This document shows, piece by piece, positions 26,214 to 41,200 of a stretch of DNA of 64,000 bases. The DNA comes from Eledone cirrhosa (lineage: Eukaryota). How positions within the stretch are numbered: the first letter of the stretch is position 1; the number at the start of each line of letters is the position of its first letter. The notes under the pieces are model-generated. The model made no database searches. It saw only the letters and a list, made by a program, of their open reading frames with translations, and was not told where the DNA came from. The DNA lies in contig OZ024743.1 of the NCBI GenBank assembly GCA_964016885.1, forward strand, positions 258,478,001 through 258,542,000. Direction: 5' to 3'. The position numbers and the translations under genes are program-made.

Positions 26214-29200
26214 GGTCTGGTATGGTGTTGCATGGTGTGGTGTCTGGTATGGTGTTGCATGGTGTGGTGTGATGTGTGGTATGCTGTAGTGCGGTGTGGT
26301 GTTTGGTATAGTGTGATATGCTGTAGTGCGGTGTGATGTGTGGTATGGTGTGGTATGTTGTAGTGCGGTGTGGTGTCTGGTATGGTGTGGTATGCTGTAG
26401 TGCGGTGTGATGTGTGTTATGGTGTGGTATGCTGTAGAGCGGTATGATGTATGGTATGGTGTGGTATGCTGTAGTGCGGTGTGATGTGTGGTATGGTGTG
26501 GTATGCTGTAGTGTGGTGTGATGTATGGTATGGTGTGGTATGCTGTAGTGCTGTGTGATGTGTGGTATGGTGAGGTATGCTGTAGTGCGGTGTGATGTGT
26601 GGTATGGTGTGGTGTGCTGTAGTGCAGTATGAAGTGTGGTATGCTGTAGTGCGGTGTGGTGTGTGGTATGGTGTGGTATGCTGTAGTGCGGTGTGATGTG
26701 TGGTATGGTGTGGTGTGCTGTAGTGCAGTATGAAGTGTGGTATGCTGTAGTGCGGTGTGGTGTGTGGTATGGTGTGGTATGCTGTAGTGCGGTGTGATGT
26801 GTGGTATGGTGTGGTATGCTGTAGTGTGGTGTGATGTATGGTATGGTGTGGTATACTGTAGTGCGGTGTGATGTGTGGTATGGTGTGGTATGCTGTAGTG
26901 AGGTGTGATGTGTGGTATGGTGTGGTATGCTGTAGTGTGGTGTGATGTGTGGTATGGTGTGGTATGCTGTAGTGCAGTGTGATGTGTGGTATGGTGTGGT
27001 ATGCTGTAGTGTGGTGTGATGTGTGGTATGGTGTGGTATGCTGTAGTGCGGTGTGATGTGTGGTATGGTGTGGTATGCTGTAGTGTGGTGTGATGTGTGG
27101 TATGGTGTGGTATGCTGTAGTGCAGTGTGATGTGTAGGTATGCTGTAGTGCAGTGTGGTGTGTGGTATGATGTAGTGCAGTGTGATGTGTGGTATGGTGT
27201 GGTATGCCGTAGTGCGGTGTGATGTGTGGTATGGTGTGGTATGTTGTAGTGCATTGTGATGTGTGGTATGGTTTGGTATGCTGTAGTGCGGTGTGATGTG
27301 TGGTATGCTGTAGTGCAGTGTGATGTGTGGTATGTTGTAGTGCATTGTGATGTGTGGTATGGTGTGGTATGCTGTAGTGCGGTGTGATGTGTGGTATGCT
27401 GTAGTGCAGTGTGATGTGTGGTATGCTGTAGTGCGGTGTGATGTGTGGTATGGTGTGGTATGCTGTAGTGTGGTGTGATGTGTGGTATGGTGTGGTATGC
27501 TGTAGTGCAGTGTGATGTATGGTATGGTGTGGTATGCTGTAGTGCGATGTGATGTGTGGTATGCTGTAGTGCAGTGTGATGTGTGGTATGGTATGCTTTA
27601 GTGCAGTGTGATGTGTGGTATGGTGTGGTATGCTGTAGTGCGGTGTGAGGTGTGGTATGCTGTAGTGCAGTGTGATGTGTGGTATGCTGTAGTGCAGTGT
27701 GATGTGTGGTATGGTGTTGTATGTTGTAGTGCAGTGTGAGGTGTGGTATGCTGTAGTGCAGAGTGATGTGTGGTAGGTGTGGTATGCTGTAGTGCAGTGT
27801 GAGGTGTGGTATGCTGTAGTGCAGTGTGATGTATGGTATGCTGTAGTGCAATGTGACGTGTGGTATGCTGTAGTGCGGTGTGATGTGTGGTATGGTGTGG
27901 TATGCTGTAGTGCAGTGTGATGTGTGGTATAATGTAGTGCAGTGTGATGTGTGGTATGGTGTGGTATGCTGTAGTGTGGTGTGATGTGTGGTATGGTGTG
28001 GTATGCTGTAGTGCAGTGTGATGTGTGGTATGGTGAGGTATGCTGTAGTGCAGTGTGATGTGTTGTATGGTGTAGTGTGGTGTGATGTGTGGTATGGTGT
28101 GGTATGCTGTAGTGCAGTGTGATGTGTGGTATGCTGTAGTGCAGTGTGATGTGTGGTATAATGTAGTGCGGTGTGATGTGTGGTATGGTGTGGTATGCTG
28201 TAGTGCGGTGTGATGTGTAGTATGGTGTGGTATGCTGTAGTGTGGTGTGATGTGTGGTATGCTGTAGTGCGGTGTGATGTGTGGTATGGTGTGGTATGCC
28301 GTAGCGCGGTGTGATGTGTGGTATGGTGTGGTATGTTGTAGTGCAGTGTGATGTGCGGTATGGTGTGGTATGCTGTAGTGCGGTGTGATGTGTGGTATGG
28401 TGTGGTATGCTGTAGTGCAGTGTGATGTGTGGTATGCTGTAGTTTAGTGTGGTGTGTGGTATGCTTTAGTGCAGTGTGATGTGTGGTATGGTGTGGTATG
28501 CTGTAGTGCAGAGTGATGTGTGGTATGCTGTAGTTTAGTGTGGTGTGTGGTATGCTTTAGTGCAGTGTGATGTGTGGTATGGTGTGGTATGCTGTAGTGC
28601 GGTGTGATGTGTGGTATGGTGTGGTATGCTGTAGTGCAGTGTGATGTGTGGTACGGTGTGGTATGCTGTAGTGCAGTGTGATGTGTGGTATGGTGTGGTA
28701 TGCTGTAGGGCTGTGTGATGTGTGGTATGGTGTGGTATGCTGTAGTGCAGTGTGAGGTGTGGTATGGTGTGGTATGCTGTAGTGCAGTGTGATGTGTGGT
28801 ATGCTGTAGTGCAGAGTGACGTCTGCTATGCTGTAGTGCGGTGTGATGTGTGGTATGGTGTGATATGCTGTAGTGCAGTGTGATGTGTGGTATGGTGTGG
28901 TATGCTGCAGTGCAGTGTGATGTGTGGTATGGTGTGGTATGCTGTAGTGCAGTGTGATGTGTGGTATGGTGTGGTATGCTGTAGTGCGGTGTGATGTGTG
29001 GTATGGTGTGATATGCTGTAGTGCAGTGTGATGTGTGGTATGGTGTGGTATGCTGTATTGCATGCTGTAGTGCAGTGTGATGTGTGGTATGGTGTGGTAT
29101 GCTGTAGTGCAGTGTGATGTGTGGTATGGTGTGGTATGCTGTAGTGCAGTGTGATGTGTGGTATGGTGTGGTATGCTGTAGTGCAGTGTGATGTGTGGTA

Positions 29201-32200
29201 TGGTGTGGTATGCTGTAGTGCAGTGTGATGTGTGGTATGGTGTGGTATGCTGTAGTGCAGTGTGATGTGTGGTATGCTGTAGTGCAGTGTGATGTGTGGT
29301 ATGGTGTGGTATGCTGTAGTGCGGTGTGATGTGTGGTATGGTGTGATATGCTGTAGTGCAGTGTGATGTGTGGTATGGTGTGGTATGCTGTAGTGCAGTG
29401 TGATGTGTGGTATGGTGTGGTATGCTGTAGTGCAGTGTGATGTGTGGTATGGTGTGGTATGCTGTAGTGCAGTGTGATGTGTGGTATGGTGTGGTATGCT
29501 GTAGTGCAGTGTGATGTGTGGTATGGTGTGGTATGCTGTAGTGCAGTGTGATGTGTGGTATGGTGTGGTATGCTGTAGTGCAGTGTGATGTGTGGTATGG
29601 TGTGGTATGCTGTAGTGCGGTGTGATGTGTGGTATGGTGTGGTATGCTGTAGTGCGGTGTGATGTGTGGTATGGTGTGGTATGCTGTAGTGCGGTGTGAT
29701 GTGTGGTATGCTGTAGTGCAGTGTGGTGTGTGGTATGGTGTGATATGCTGTAGTGCAGTGTGATGTGTGGTACGGTGTGGTATGCTGTAGTGCAGTGTGA
29801 TGTGTGGTATGGTGTGGTATGCTGTAGTGCGATCTGATGTGTGGTATGGTGTAGTGTGGTGTGATGTGTGGTATGCTGTAGTGTGGTGTGATGTGTGGTA
29901 TGGTGTGGTATGCTGTAGTGCAGTGTGATGTGTGGTATGGTGTAGTGTGGTGTGATGTGTGGTATGCTGTAGTGTGGTGTGATGTGTGGTATGGTGTGGT
30001 ATGCTGTAGTGCAGTGTGATGTGTGGTATGCTGTAGTGTGGTGTGATGTGTGGTATGGTGTGGTATGCTGTAGTGCAGTGTGATATGTGGTATGCTGTAG
30101 TGTGGTGTGATGTGTGGTATGCTGTAGTGTGGTGTGATGTTTGGTATGGTGTGGTATGCTGTAGTGCGGTGTGATGTGTGGTATGGTGTGGTATGCTGTA
30201 GTGTGGTGTGATGTGTGCTATGGTGTGGTATGCTGTAGTGTGGTGTGATGTGTGGTATGGTGTGGTATGCTGTAGTGCGGTGTGATGTGTGGTATGGTGT
30301 GGTATGCTGTAGTGCAGTGTGGTGTGTGGTATGCTGTAGTGTGGTGTGATGTGTGGTATGGTGTGGTATGCTGTAGTGCGGTGTGATGTGTGGTATGGTG
30401 TGGTATGCTGTAGTGCGGTGTGATGTGTGGTATGGTGTGGTATGCTGTAGTGCGGTGTGATGTGTGGTGTGCTGTAGTGTGGTGTGATGTGTGGTATGGT
30501 GTGGTATGATGTAGTGCATTGTGATGTGTGGTATGCTGTAGTGCGGTGTGATGTGTGGTATGGTGTGGTATGATGTAGTGCATTGTGATGTGTGGTATGC
30601 TGTAGTGCAGTGTGATGTGTGGTATGCTGTAGTGCGGTGTGGTGTGTGGTATGGTGCAGTATGCTGTAGTGCGGTGTGGTGTCTGGTATGGTGTTGTATG
30701 CTGTAGTGCAGTGTGATGTCTGGTATGCTGTGGTATGCTGTAGTGAGGTGTGATGTGTGGTATGGTGTATTGCGGTGTGCTGTGTGGTATTCTCTAGTGC
30801 GGTGTGGTGTCTGGTATGGTGTGGTATGCTGTAGTGCGGTCTGATGTGTGGAATGGTGTGGTATGCTGTAGTGCAGTGTGATGTGTGGTATGCTGTAGTG
30901 TGGTGTGATGTGTGGTATGGTGTAGTGTGGTGTGATGTGTGGTATGGTGTGGTATGCTGTAGTGTGGTGTGATGTGTGGTATGGTGTGGTATGCTGTAGT
31001 GTGGTGTGATGTGTGGTATGGTGTGGTATGCTGTAGTGTGGTGTGATGTGTGGTATGGTGTGGTATGCTGTAGTGCGGTGTGGTGTGTGGTATGGTGTGG
31101 TATGCTGTAGTGTGGTGTGATGTGTGGTATGGTGTGGTATGCTGTAGTGTGGTGTGATGTGTGGTATGGTGTGGTATGCTGTAGCGTGGGGTGATGTGTG
31201 GTATGGTGTGGTATGCTGTAGTGCAGTGTGATGTGTGGTATGGTGTGGTATGCTGTAGTGTGGTGTGATGTGTGGTATGGTGTGGTATGCTGTAGTGCGG
31301 TGTGATGTGTGGTATGCTGTAGTGTGGTGTGATGTGTGGTATGGTGTGGTATGCTGTAGTGCAGTGTGGTGTGTGGTATGCTGTAGTGTGGTGTGATGTG
31401 TGGTATGGTGTGGTATGCTGTAGTGCGGTGTGATGTGTGGTATGGTGTGGTATGCTGTAGTGTGGTGTGATGTGTGGTATGCTGTAGTGTGGTGTGATGT
31501 GTGGTATGGTGTGGTATGCTGTAGTGTGGTGTGATGTGTGGTATGGTGTGGTATGCTGTAGTGCAGTGTGGTGTGTGGTATACTGTAGTGTGGTGTGATG
31601 TGTGGTATGGTGTGGTATGCTGTAGTGTGGTGTGATGTGTGGTATGGTGTGGTATGCTGTAGTGCGGTGTGGTGTCTTGTATGGTGTGGTATGCTGTAGT
31701 GCAGTGTGATGTGTGGTATGCTGTAGTGCAGTGTGGTGTGTGGTATGGTGTGGTATGCTGTAGTGTGGTGTGATGTGTGGTATGGTGTGGTATGCTGTAG
31801 TGCAGTGTGGTGTGTGGTATACTGTAGTGTGGTGTGATGTGTGGTATGGTGTGGTATGCTGTAGGGCTGTGTGATGTGTGGTATGGTGTGGTATGCTGTA
31901 GTGTGGTGTGATGTGTGGTATGGTGTGGTATGCTGTAGTGCGGTGTGGTGTCTTGTATGGTGTGGTATGCTGTAGTGCAGTGTGATGTGTGGTATGCTGT
32001 AGTGTGGTGTGATGTGTGGTATGGTGTGGTATGCTGTAGTGTGGTGTGATGTGTGGTATGGTGTGGTATGCTGTAGGGCTGTGTGATGTGTGGTATGGTG
32101 TGGTATGCTGTAGCGTGGTGTGATGTGTGGTATGGTGTGGTATGCTGTAGTGCGGTGTGGTGTCTTGTATGGTGTGGTATGCTGTAGTGCAGTGTGATGT

Positions 32201-35200
32201 GTGGTATGCTGTAGTGTGGTGTGATGTGTGGTATGGTGTGGTATGCTGTAGTGTGGTGTGATGTGTGGTATGGTGTGGTATGCTGTAGTGCAGTGTGATG
32301 TGTGGTATGCTGTAGTGTGGTGTGATGTGTGGTATGGTGTGGTATGCTGTAGTGCAGTGTGATGTGTGGTATGCTGTAGTGTGGTGTGATGTGTGGTATG
32401 GTGTGGTATGCTGTAGTGTGGTGTGATGTGTGGTATGGTGTGGTATGCTGTAGTGTGGTGTGATGTGTGGTATGGTGTGGTATGCTGTAGTGTGGTGTGA
32501 TGTGTGGTATGGTGTGGTATGCTGTAGTGCGGTGTGGTGTGTGGTATGGTGTGGTATGCTGTAGTGTGGTGTGATGTGTGGTATGGTGTGGTATGCTGTA
32601 GTGCAGTGTGGTGTGTGGTATGTTGTGGTATGCTGTAGTGTGGTGTGATGTGTGGTATGGTGTGGTATGCTGTAGCGTGGGGTGATGTGTGGTATGGTGT
32701 GGTATGCTGTAGTGCAGTGTGATGTGTGGTATGGTGTGGTATGCTGTAGTGCAGTGTGATGTGTGGTATGGTGTGGTATGCTGTAGTGTGGTGTGATGTG
32801 TGGTATGGTGTGGTATGCTGTAGTGCGGTGTGATGTGTGGTATGGTGTAGTGTGGTGTGATGTGTGGTATGCTGTAGTGTGGTGTGATGTGTGGTATGGT
32901 GTGGTATGCTGTAGTGCAGTGTGATGTGTGGTATGCTGTAGTGTGGTGTGATGTGTGGTATGGTGTGGTATGCTGTAGTGCAGTGTGATATGTGGTATGC
33001 TGTAGTGTGGTGTGATGTGTGGTATGCTGTAGTGTGGTGTGATGTTTGGTATGGTGTGGTATGCTGTAGTGCGGTGTGATGTGTGGTATGGTGTGGTATG
33101 CTGTAGTGTGGTGTGATGTGTGCTATGGTGTGGTATGCTGTAGTGTGGTGTGATGTGTGGTATGGTGTGGTATGCTGTAGTGCGGTGTGATGTGTGGTAT
33201 GGTGTGGTATGCTGTAGTGCAGTGTGGTGTGTGGTATGCTGTAGTGTGGTGTGATGTGTGGTATGGTGTGGTATGCTGTAGTGCGGTGTGATGTGTGGTA
33301 TGGTGTGGTATGCTGTAGTGCGGTGTGATGTGTGGTATGGTGTGGTATGCTGTAGTGCGGTGTGATGTGTGGTGTGCTGTAGTGTGGTGTGATGTGTGGT
33401 ATGGTGTGGTATGATGTAGTGCATTGTGATGTGTGGTATGCTGTAGTGCGGTGTGATGTGTGGTATGGTGTGGTATGATGTAGTGCATTGTGATGTGTGG
33501 TATGCTGTAGTGCAGTGTGATGTGTGGTATGCTGTAGTGCGGTGTGGTGTGTGGTATGGTGCAGTATGCTGTAGTGCGGTGTGGTGTCTGGTATGGTGTT
33601 GTATGCTGTAGTGCAGTGTGATGTCTGGTATGCTGTGGTATGCTGTAGTGAGGTGTGATGTGTGGTATGGTGTATTGCGGTGTGCTGTGTGGTATTCTCT
33701 AGTGCGGTGTGGTGTCTGGTATGGTGTGGTATGCTGTAGTGCGGTCTGATGTGTGGAATGGTGTGGTATGCTGTAGTGCAGTGTGATGTGTGGTATGCTG
33801 TAGTGTGGTGTGATGTGTGGTATGGTGTAGTGTGGTGTGATGTGTGGTATGGTGTGGTATGCTGTAGTGTGGTGTGATGTGTGGTATGGTGTGGTATGCT
33901 GTAGTGTGGTGTGATGTGTGGTATGGTGTGGTATGCTGTAGTGTGGTGTGATGTGTGGTATGGTGTGGTATGCTGTAGTGCGGTGTGGTGTGTGGTATGG
34001 TGTGGTATGCTGTAGTGTGGTGTGATGTGTGGTATGGTGTGGTATGCTGTAGTGTGGTGTGATGTGTGGTATGGTGTGGTATGCTGTAGCGTGGGGTGAT
34101 GTGTGGTATGGTGTGGTATGCTGTAGTGCAGTGTGATGTGTGGTATGGTGTGGTATGCTGTAGTGTGGTGTGATGTGTGGTATGGTGTGGTATGCTGTAG
34201 TGCGGTGTGATGTGTGGTATGCTGTAGTGTGGTGTGATGTGTGGTATGGTGTGGTATGCTGTAGTGCAGTGTGGTGTGTGGTATGCTGTAGTGTGGTGTG
34301 ATGTGTGGTATGGTGTGGTATGCTGTAGTGCGGTGTGATGTGTGGTATGGTGTGGTATGCTGTAGTGTGGTGTGATGTGTGGTATGCTGTAGTGTGGTGT
34401 GATGTGTGGTATGGTGTGGTATGCTGTAGTGTGGTGTGATGTGTGGTATGGTGTGGTATGCTGTAGTGCAGTGTGGTGTGTGGTATACTGTAGTGTGGTG
34501 TGATGTGTGGTATGGTGTGGTATGCTGTAGTGTGGTGTGATGTGTGGTATGGTGTGGTATGCTGTAGTGCGGTGTGGTGTCTTGTATGGTGTGGTATGCT
34601 GTAGTGCAGTGTGATGTGTGGTATGCTGTAGTGCAGTGTGGTGTGTGGTATGGTGTGGTATGCTGTAGTGTGGTGTGATGTGTGGTATGGTGTGGTATGC
34701 TGTAGTGCAGTGTGGTGTGTGGTATACTGTAGTGTGGTGTGATGTGTGGTATGGTGTGGTATGCTGTAGGGCTGTGTGATGTGTGGTATGGTGTGGTATG
34801 CTGTAGTGTGGTGTGATGTGTGGTATGGTGTGGTATGCTGTAGTGCGGTGTGGTGTCTTGTATGGTGTGGTATGCTGTAGTGCAGTGTGATGTGTGGTAT
34901 GCTGTAGTGTGGTGTGATGTGTGGTATGGTGTGGTATGCTGTAGTGTGGTGTGATGTGTGGTATGGTGTGGTATGCTGTAGGGCTGTGTGATGTGTGGTA
35001 TGGTGTGGTATGCTGTAGCGTGGTGTGATGTGTGGTATGGTGTGGTATGCTGTAGTGCGGTGTGGTGTCTTGTATGGTGTGGTATGCTGTAGTGCAGTGT
35101 GATGTGTGGTATGCTGTAGTGTGGTGTGATGTGTGGTATGGTGTGGTATGCTGTAGTGTGGTGTGATGTGTGGTATGGTGTGGTATGCTGTAGTGCAGTG

Positions 35201-38200
35201 TGATGTGTGGTATGCTGTAGTGTGGTGTGATGTGTGGTATGGTGTGGTATGCTGTAGTGCAGTGTGATGTGTGGTATGCTGTAGTGTGGTGTGATGTGTG
35301 GTATGGTGTGGTATGCTGTAGTGTGGTGTGATGTGTGGTATGGTGTGGTATGCTGTAGTGTGGTGTGATGTGTGGTATGGTGTGGTATGCTGTAGTGTGG
35401 TGTGATGTGTGGTATGGTGTGGTATGCTGTAGTGCGGTGTGGTGTGTGGTATGGTGTGGTATGCTGTAGTGTGGTGTGATGTGTGGTATGGTGTGGTATG
35501 CTGTAGTGCAGTGTGGTGTGTGGTATGTTGTGGTATGCTGTAGTGTGGTGTGATGTGTGGTATGGTGTGGTATGCTGTAGCGTGGGGTGATGTGTGGTAT
35601 GGTGTGGTATGCTGTAGTGCAGTGTGATGTGTGGTATGGTGTGGTATGCTGTAGTGCAGTGTGATGTGTGGTATGGTGTGGTATGCTGTAGTGTGGTGTG
35701 ATGTGTGGTATGGTGTGGTATGCTGTAGTGCGGTGTGATGTGTGGTATGGTGTGGTATGCTGTAGTGCAGTGTGGTGTGTGGTATGCTGTAGTGTGGTGT
35801 GATGTGTGGTATGGTGTGGTATGCTGTAGTGCGGTGTGATGTGTGGTATGGTGTGGTATGCTGTAGTGCGGTGTGATGTGTGGTATGGTGTGGTATGCTG
35901 TAGTGCGGTGTGATGTGTGGTGTGCTGTAGTGTGGTGTGATGTGTGGTATGGTGTGGTATGATGTAGTGCATTGTGATGTGTGGTATGCTGTAGTGCGGT
36001 GTGATGTGTGGTATGGTGTGGTATGATGTAGTGCATTGTGATGTGTGGTATGCTGTAGTGCAGTGTGATGTGTGGTATGCTGTAGTGCGGTGTGGTGTGT
36101 GGTATGGTGCAGTATGCTGTAGTGCGGTGTGGTGTCTGGTATGGTGTTGTATGCTGTAGTGCAGTGTGATGTCTGGTATGCTGTGGTATGCTGTAGTGAG
36201 GTGTGATGTGTGGTATGGTGTATTGCGGTGTGCTGTGTGGTATTCTCTAGTGCGGTGTGGTGTCTGGTATGGTGTGGTATGCTGTAGTGCGGTCTGATGT
36301 GTGGAATGGTGTGGTATGCTGTAGTGCAGTGTGATGTGTGGTATGCTGTAGTGTGGTGTGATGTGTGGTATGGTGTAGTGTGGTGTGATGTGTGGTATGG
36401 TGTGGTATGCTGTAGTGTGGTGTGATGTGTGGTATGGTGTGGTATGCTGTAGTGTGGTGTGATGTGTGGTATGGTGTGGTATGCTGTAGTGTGGTGTGAT
36501 GTGTGGTATGGTGTGGTATGCTGTAGTGCGGTGTGGTGTGTGGTATGGTGTGGTATGCTGTAGTGTGGTGTGATGTGTGGTATGGTGTGGTATGCTGTAG
36601 TGTGGTGTGATGTGTGGTATGGTGTGGTATGCTGTAGCGTGGGGTGATGTGTGGTATGGTGTGGTATGCTGTAGTGCAGTGTGATGTGTGGTATGGTGTG
36701 GTATGCTGTAGTGTGGTGTGATGTGTGGTATGGTGTGGTATGCTGTAGTGCGGTGTGATGTGTGGTATGCTGTAGTGTGGTGTGATGTGTGGTATGGTGT
36801 GGTATGCTGTAGTGCAGTGTGGTGTGTGGTATGCTGTAGTGTGGTGTGATGTGTGGTATGGTGTGGTATGCTGTAGTGCGGTGTGATGTGTGGTATGGTG
36901 TGGTATGCTGTAGTGTGGTGTGATGTGTGGTATGCTGTAGTGTGGTGTGATGTGTGGTATGGTGTGGTATGCTGTAGTGTGGTGTGATGTGTGGTATGGT
37001 GTGGTATGCTGTAGTGCAGTGTGGTGTGTGGTATACTGTAGTGTGGTGTGATGTGTGGTATGGTGTGGTATGCTGTAGTGTGGTGTGATGTGTGGTATGG
37101 TGTGGTATGCTGTAGTGCGGTGTGGTGTCTTGTATGGTGTGGTATGCTGTAGTGCAGTGTGATGTGTGGTATGCTGTAGTGCAGTGTGGTGTGTGGTATG
37201 GTGTGGTATGCTGTAGTGTGGTGTGATGTGTGGTATGGTGTGGTATGCTGTAGTGCAGTGTGGTGTGTGGTATACTGTAGTGTGGTGTGATGTGTGGTAT
37301 GGTGTGGTATGCTGTAGGGCTGTGTGATGTGTGGTATGGTGTGGTATGCTGTAGTGTGGTGTGATGTGTGGTATGGTGTGGTATGCTGTAGTGCGGTGTG
37401 GTGTCTTGTATGGTGTGGTATGCTGTAGTGCAGTGTGATGTGTGGTATGCTGTAGTGTGGTGTGATGTGTGGTATGGTGTGGTATGCTGTAGTGTGGTGT
37501 GATGTGTGGTATGGTGTGGTATGCTGTAGGGCTGTGTGATGTGTGGTATGGTGTGGTATGCTGTAGCGTGGTGTGATGTGTGGTATGGTGTGGTATGCTG
37601 TAGTGCGGTGTGGTGTCTTGTATGGTGTGGTATGCTGTAGTGCAGTGTGATGTGTGGTATGCTGTAGTGTGGTGTGATGTGTGGTATGGTGTGGTATGCT
37701 GTAGTGTGGTGTGATGTGTGGTATGGTGTGGTATGCTGTAGTGCAGTGTGATGTGTGGTATGCTGTAGTGTGGTGTGATGTGTGGTATGGTGTGGTATGC
37801 TGTAGTGCAGTGTGATGTGTGGTATGCTGTAGTGTGGTGTGATGTGTGGTATGGTGTGGTATGCTGTAGTGTGGTGTGATGTGTGGTATGGTGTGGTATG
37901 CTGTAGTGTGGTGTGATGTGTGGTATGGTGTGGTATGCTGTAGTGTGGTGTGATGTGTGGTATGGTGTGGTATGCTGTAGTGCGGTGTGGTGTGTGGTAT
38001 GGTGTGGTATGCTGTAGTGTGGTGTGATGTGTGGTATGGTGTGGTATGCTGTAGTGCAGTGTGGTGTGTGGTATGTTGTGGTATGCTGTAGTGTGGTGTG
38101 ATGTGTGGTATGGTGTGGTATGCTGTAGCGTGGGGTGATGTGTGGTATGGTGTGGTATGCTGTAGTGCAGTGTGATGTGTGGTATGGTGTGGTATGCTGT

Positions 38201-41200
38201 AGTGCAGTGTGATGTGTGGTATGGTGTGGTATGCTGTAGTGTGGTGTGATGTGTGGTATGGTGTGGTATGCTGTAGTGCGGTGTGATGTGTGGTATGCTG
38301 TAGTGTGGTGTGATGTGTGGTATGGTGTGGTATGCTGTAGTGCAGTGTGGTGTGTGGTATGTTGTAGTGTGGTGTGATGTGTGGTATGGTGTGGTATGCT
38401 GTAGTGCGGTGTGATGTGTGGTATGGTGTGGTATGTTGTTATGCAGTGTGATGTGTGGTATGCTGTAGTGCAGTGTGGTGTGTGGTATGCTGTAGTGTGG
38501 TGTGATGTGTGGTATGCTGTAGTGTGGTGTGATGTGTGGTATGGTGTGGTATGATGTAGTGCATTGTGATGTGTGGTATGCTGTAGTGCGGTGTGGTGTC
38601 TGGTATGGTGTTGTATGCTGTAGTGCAGTGTGAGGTGTGGTATGCTGTAGTGCAGTGTGATGTGTGGTATGGTGTGGTATGCTGTAGTGCAGTGTGAGGT
38701 GTGGTATGCTGTAGTGCAGTGTGATGTGTGGTATGTTGTAGGGCAGTGTGACGTGTGGTATGGTGTGGTATGCTGTAGTGTGGTGTGATGTGTGGTATGC
38801 TGTAGTGCAGTGTGATGTGTGGTATGCTGTAGTGCAGTGTGGTGTGTGGTATGGTGTGGTATGCTGTAGTGCAGTGTGATGTGTGGTATGCTGTAGTGCA
38901 GTGTGGTGTGTGGTATGGTGTGGTATGCTGTAGTGCAGTGTGATGTGTGGTATAGTGTGGTATGCTGTAGTGCAGTGTGATGTGTGGTATGGTGTGGTAT
39001 GCTGTAGTGCGGTGTGATGTGTGGTATGCTGTAGTGTGGTGTGATGTGTGGTATGGTGTGGTATGCCGTAGCGCGGTGTGATGTGTGGTATGGTGTAGTG
39101 TGGTGTGATATGTGGTATGGTGTGGTATGCCGTAGTGCAGTGTGGTGTGTGGTATGGTGTGGTATGCCGTAGCGCGGTGTGATGTGTGGTATGGTGTAGT
39201 GTGGTGTGATATGTGGTATGGTGTGGTATGCTGTAGTGCAGTGTGGTGTGTGGTATGGTGTGGTATGCTGTAGTGCGGTATGATGTGTGGTATGGTGTGG
39301 TATGCTGTAGTGCAGTGTGATGTGTGGTATAGTGTGGTATGCTGTAGTGCAGTGTGATGTGTGGTATGGTGTGGTATGCTGTAGTGCAGTGTGATGTGTG
39401 GTATGGTGTGGTATGCTGTAGTGCGGTATGATGTGTGGTATGGTGTGGTATGCTGTAGTGCGGTATGATGTGTGGTATGGTGTGGTATGCTGTAGTGCAG
39501 TGTGATGTGTGGTATGGTGTGGTATGCTGTAGTGCGGTATGATGTGTGGTATGGTGTGGTATGCTGTAGTGCGGTGTGATGTGTGGTATGGTGTGGTATG
39601 CTGTAGTGCAGTGTGATGTGTGGTATGGTGTGGTATGCTGTAGTGCAGTGTGATGTGTGGTATGGTGTGGTATGCTGTAGTGCGGTATGATGTGTGGTAT
39701 GGTGTGGTATGCTGTAGTGCGGTATGATGTGTGGTATGGTGTGGTATGCTGTAGTGCAGTGTGATGTGTGGTATGGTGTGGTATGCTGTAGTGCGGTATG
39801 ATGTGTGGTATGGTGTGGTATGCTGTAGTGCAGTGTGATGTGTGGTATGGTGTGGTATGCTGTAGTGCAGTGTAATGTGTGGTATGGTGTGGTATGCTGT
39901 AGTGCGGTATGATGTGTGGTATGGTGTGGTATGCTGTAGTGCAGTGTGATGTGTGGTATGGTGTGGTATGCTGTAGTGCAGTGTGATGTGTGGTATGGTG
40001 TGGTATGCTGTAGTGCGGTGTGATGTGTGGTATGGTGTGGTATGCTGTAGTGCAGTGTGATGTGTGGTATGCTGTAGTGCGGTGTGGTGTGTGGTATGGT
40101 GTGGTATGCTGTAGTGCGATGTGATGTGTGGTGTGCTGTAGTGCAGTGTGATGTGTGGTATGGTGTGGTATGCTGTAGTGCAGTGTGATGTGTGGTATGC
40201 TGTAGTGTGGTGTGATGTGTGGTATGGTGTGGTATGCTTTAGTGTGGTGTGGTGTCTGGTATGGTGTTGTATGCTGTAGTGCAGTGTGATGTGTGGTATG
40301 GTGTGGTATGCTGTAGTGCGGTGTGATGTGTGGTATGCTGTAGTGCAGTGTGGTGTGTGGTATGCTGTAGTGTGGTGTGATATGTGGTATGGTGTGGTAT
40401 GCTGTAGTGTGGTGTGATGTGTGGTATGGTGTGGTATGCTGTAGTGCGGTGTGGTGTCTTGTATGGTGTGGTATGCTGTAGTGCAGTGTGATGTGTGGTA
40501 TGGTGTGGTATGATGTAGTGCATTGTGATGTGTGGTATGGTGTGGTATGCTGTAGTGCAGTGTGATGTGTGGTATGCTGTAGTGCGGTGTGGTCTGTGGT
40601 ATGGTGTGGTATGCTGTAGTGTGGTGTGATGTGTGGTATGGTGTGGTATGCTGTAGTGCGGTGTGATGTGTTGTATGGTGTGGTATGCTGTAGTGTGGTG
40701 TGATGTGTGGTATGCTGTAGTGCAGTGTGGTGTGTGGTATGGTGTGGTATGCTGTAGTGCGGTGTGATGTGTTGTATGGTGTGGTATGCTGTAGTGTGGT
40801 GTGATGTGTGGTATGCTGTAGTGCAGTGTGGTGTGTGGTATGGTGTGGTATGCTGTAGTGCAGTGTGATGTGTGGTATGGTGTGGTATGCTGTAGTGCAG
40901 TGTGATGTGTGGTATGGTGTGGTATGCTGTAGTGTGGTGTGATGTGTGGTATGGTGTGGTATGCTGTAGTGCAGTGTGGTTTGTGGTATGCTGTAGTGCG
41001 GTGTGATGTGTGGTATGGTGTGGTATGCTGTAGTGCAGTGTGATGTGTGGTATGGTGTGGTATGTTGTAGTGTGGTGTGATATGTGGTATGGTGTGGTAT
41101 GCTGTAGTGCAGAGTGATGTGTGGTATGGTGTGGTATGCTGTAGTGTGGTGTGATGTGTGGTATGCTGTAGTGTGGTGTGATGTGTGGTATGCTGTAGTG

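Noticed and set aside
28444-36036. 2530-aa H/T/P/Y-rich ORF and similar ORFs across 26127-40523
   Set aside because: The C/A-rich strand of the satellite lacks stops in all frames. The 37-bp unit is not a multiple of 3, so the translation cycles through frames. No domain or gene signals.
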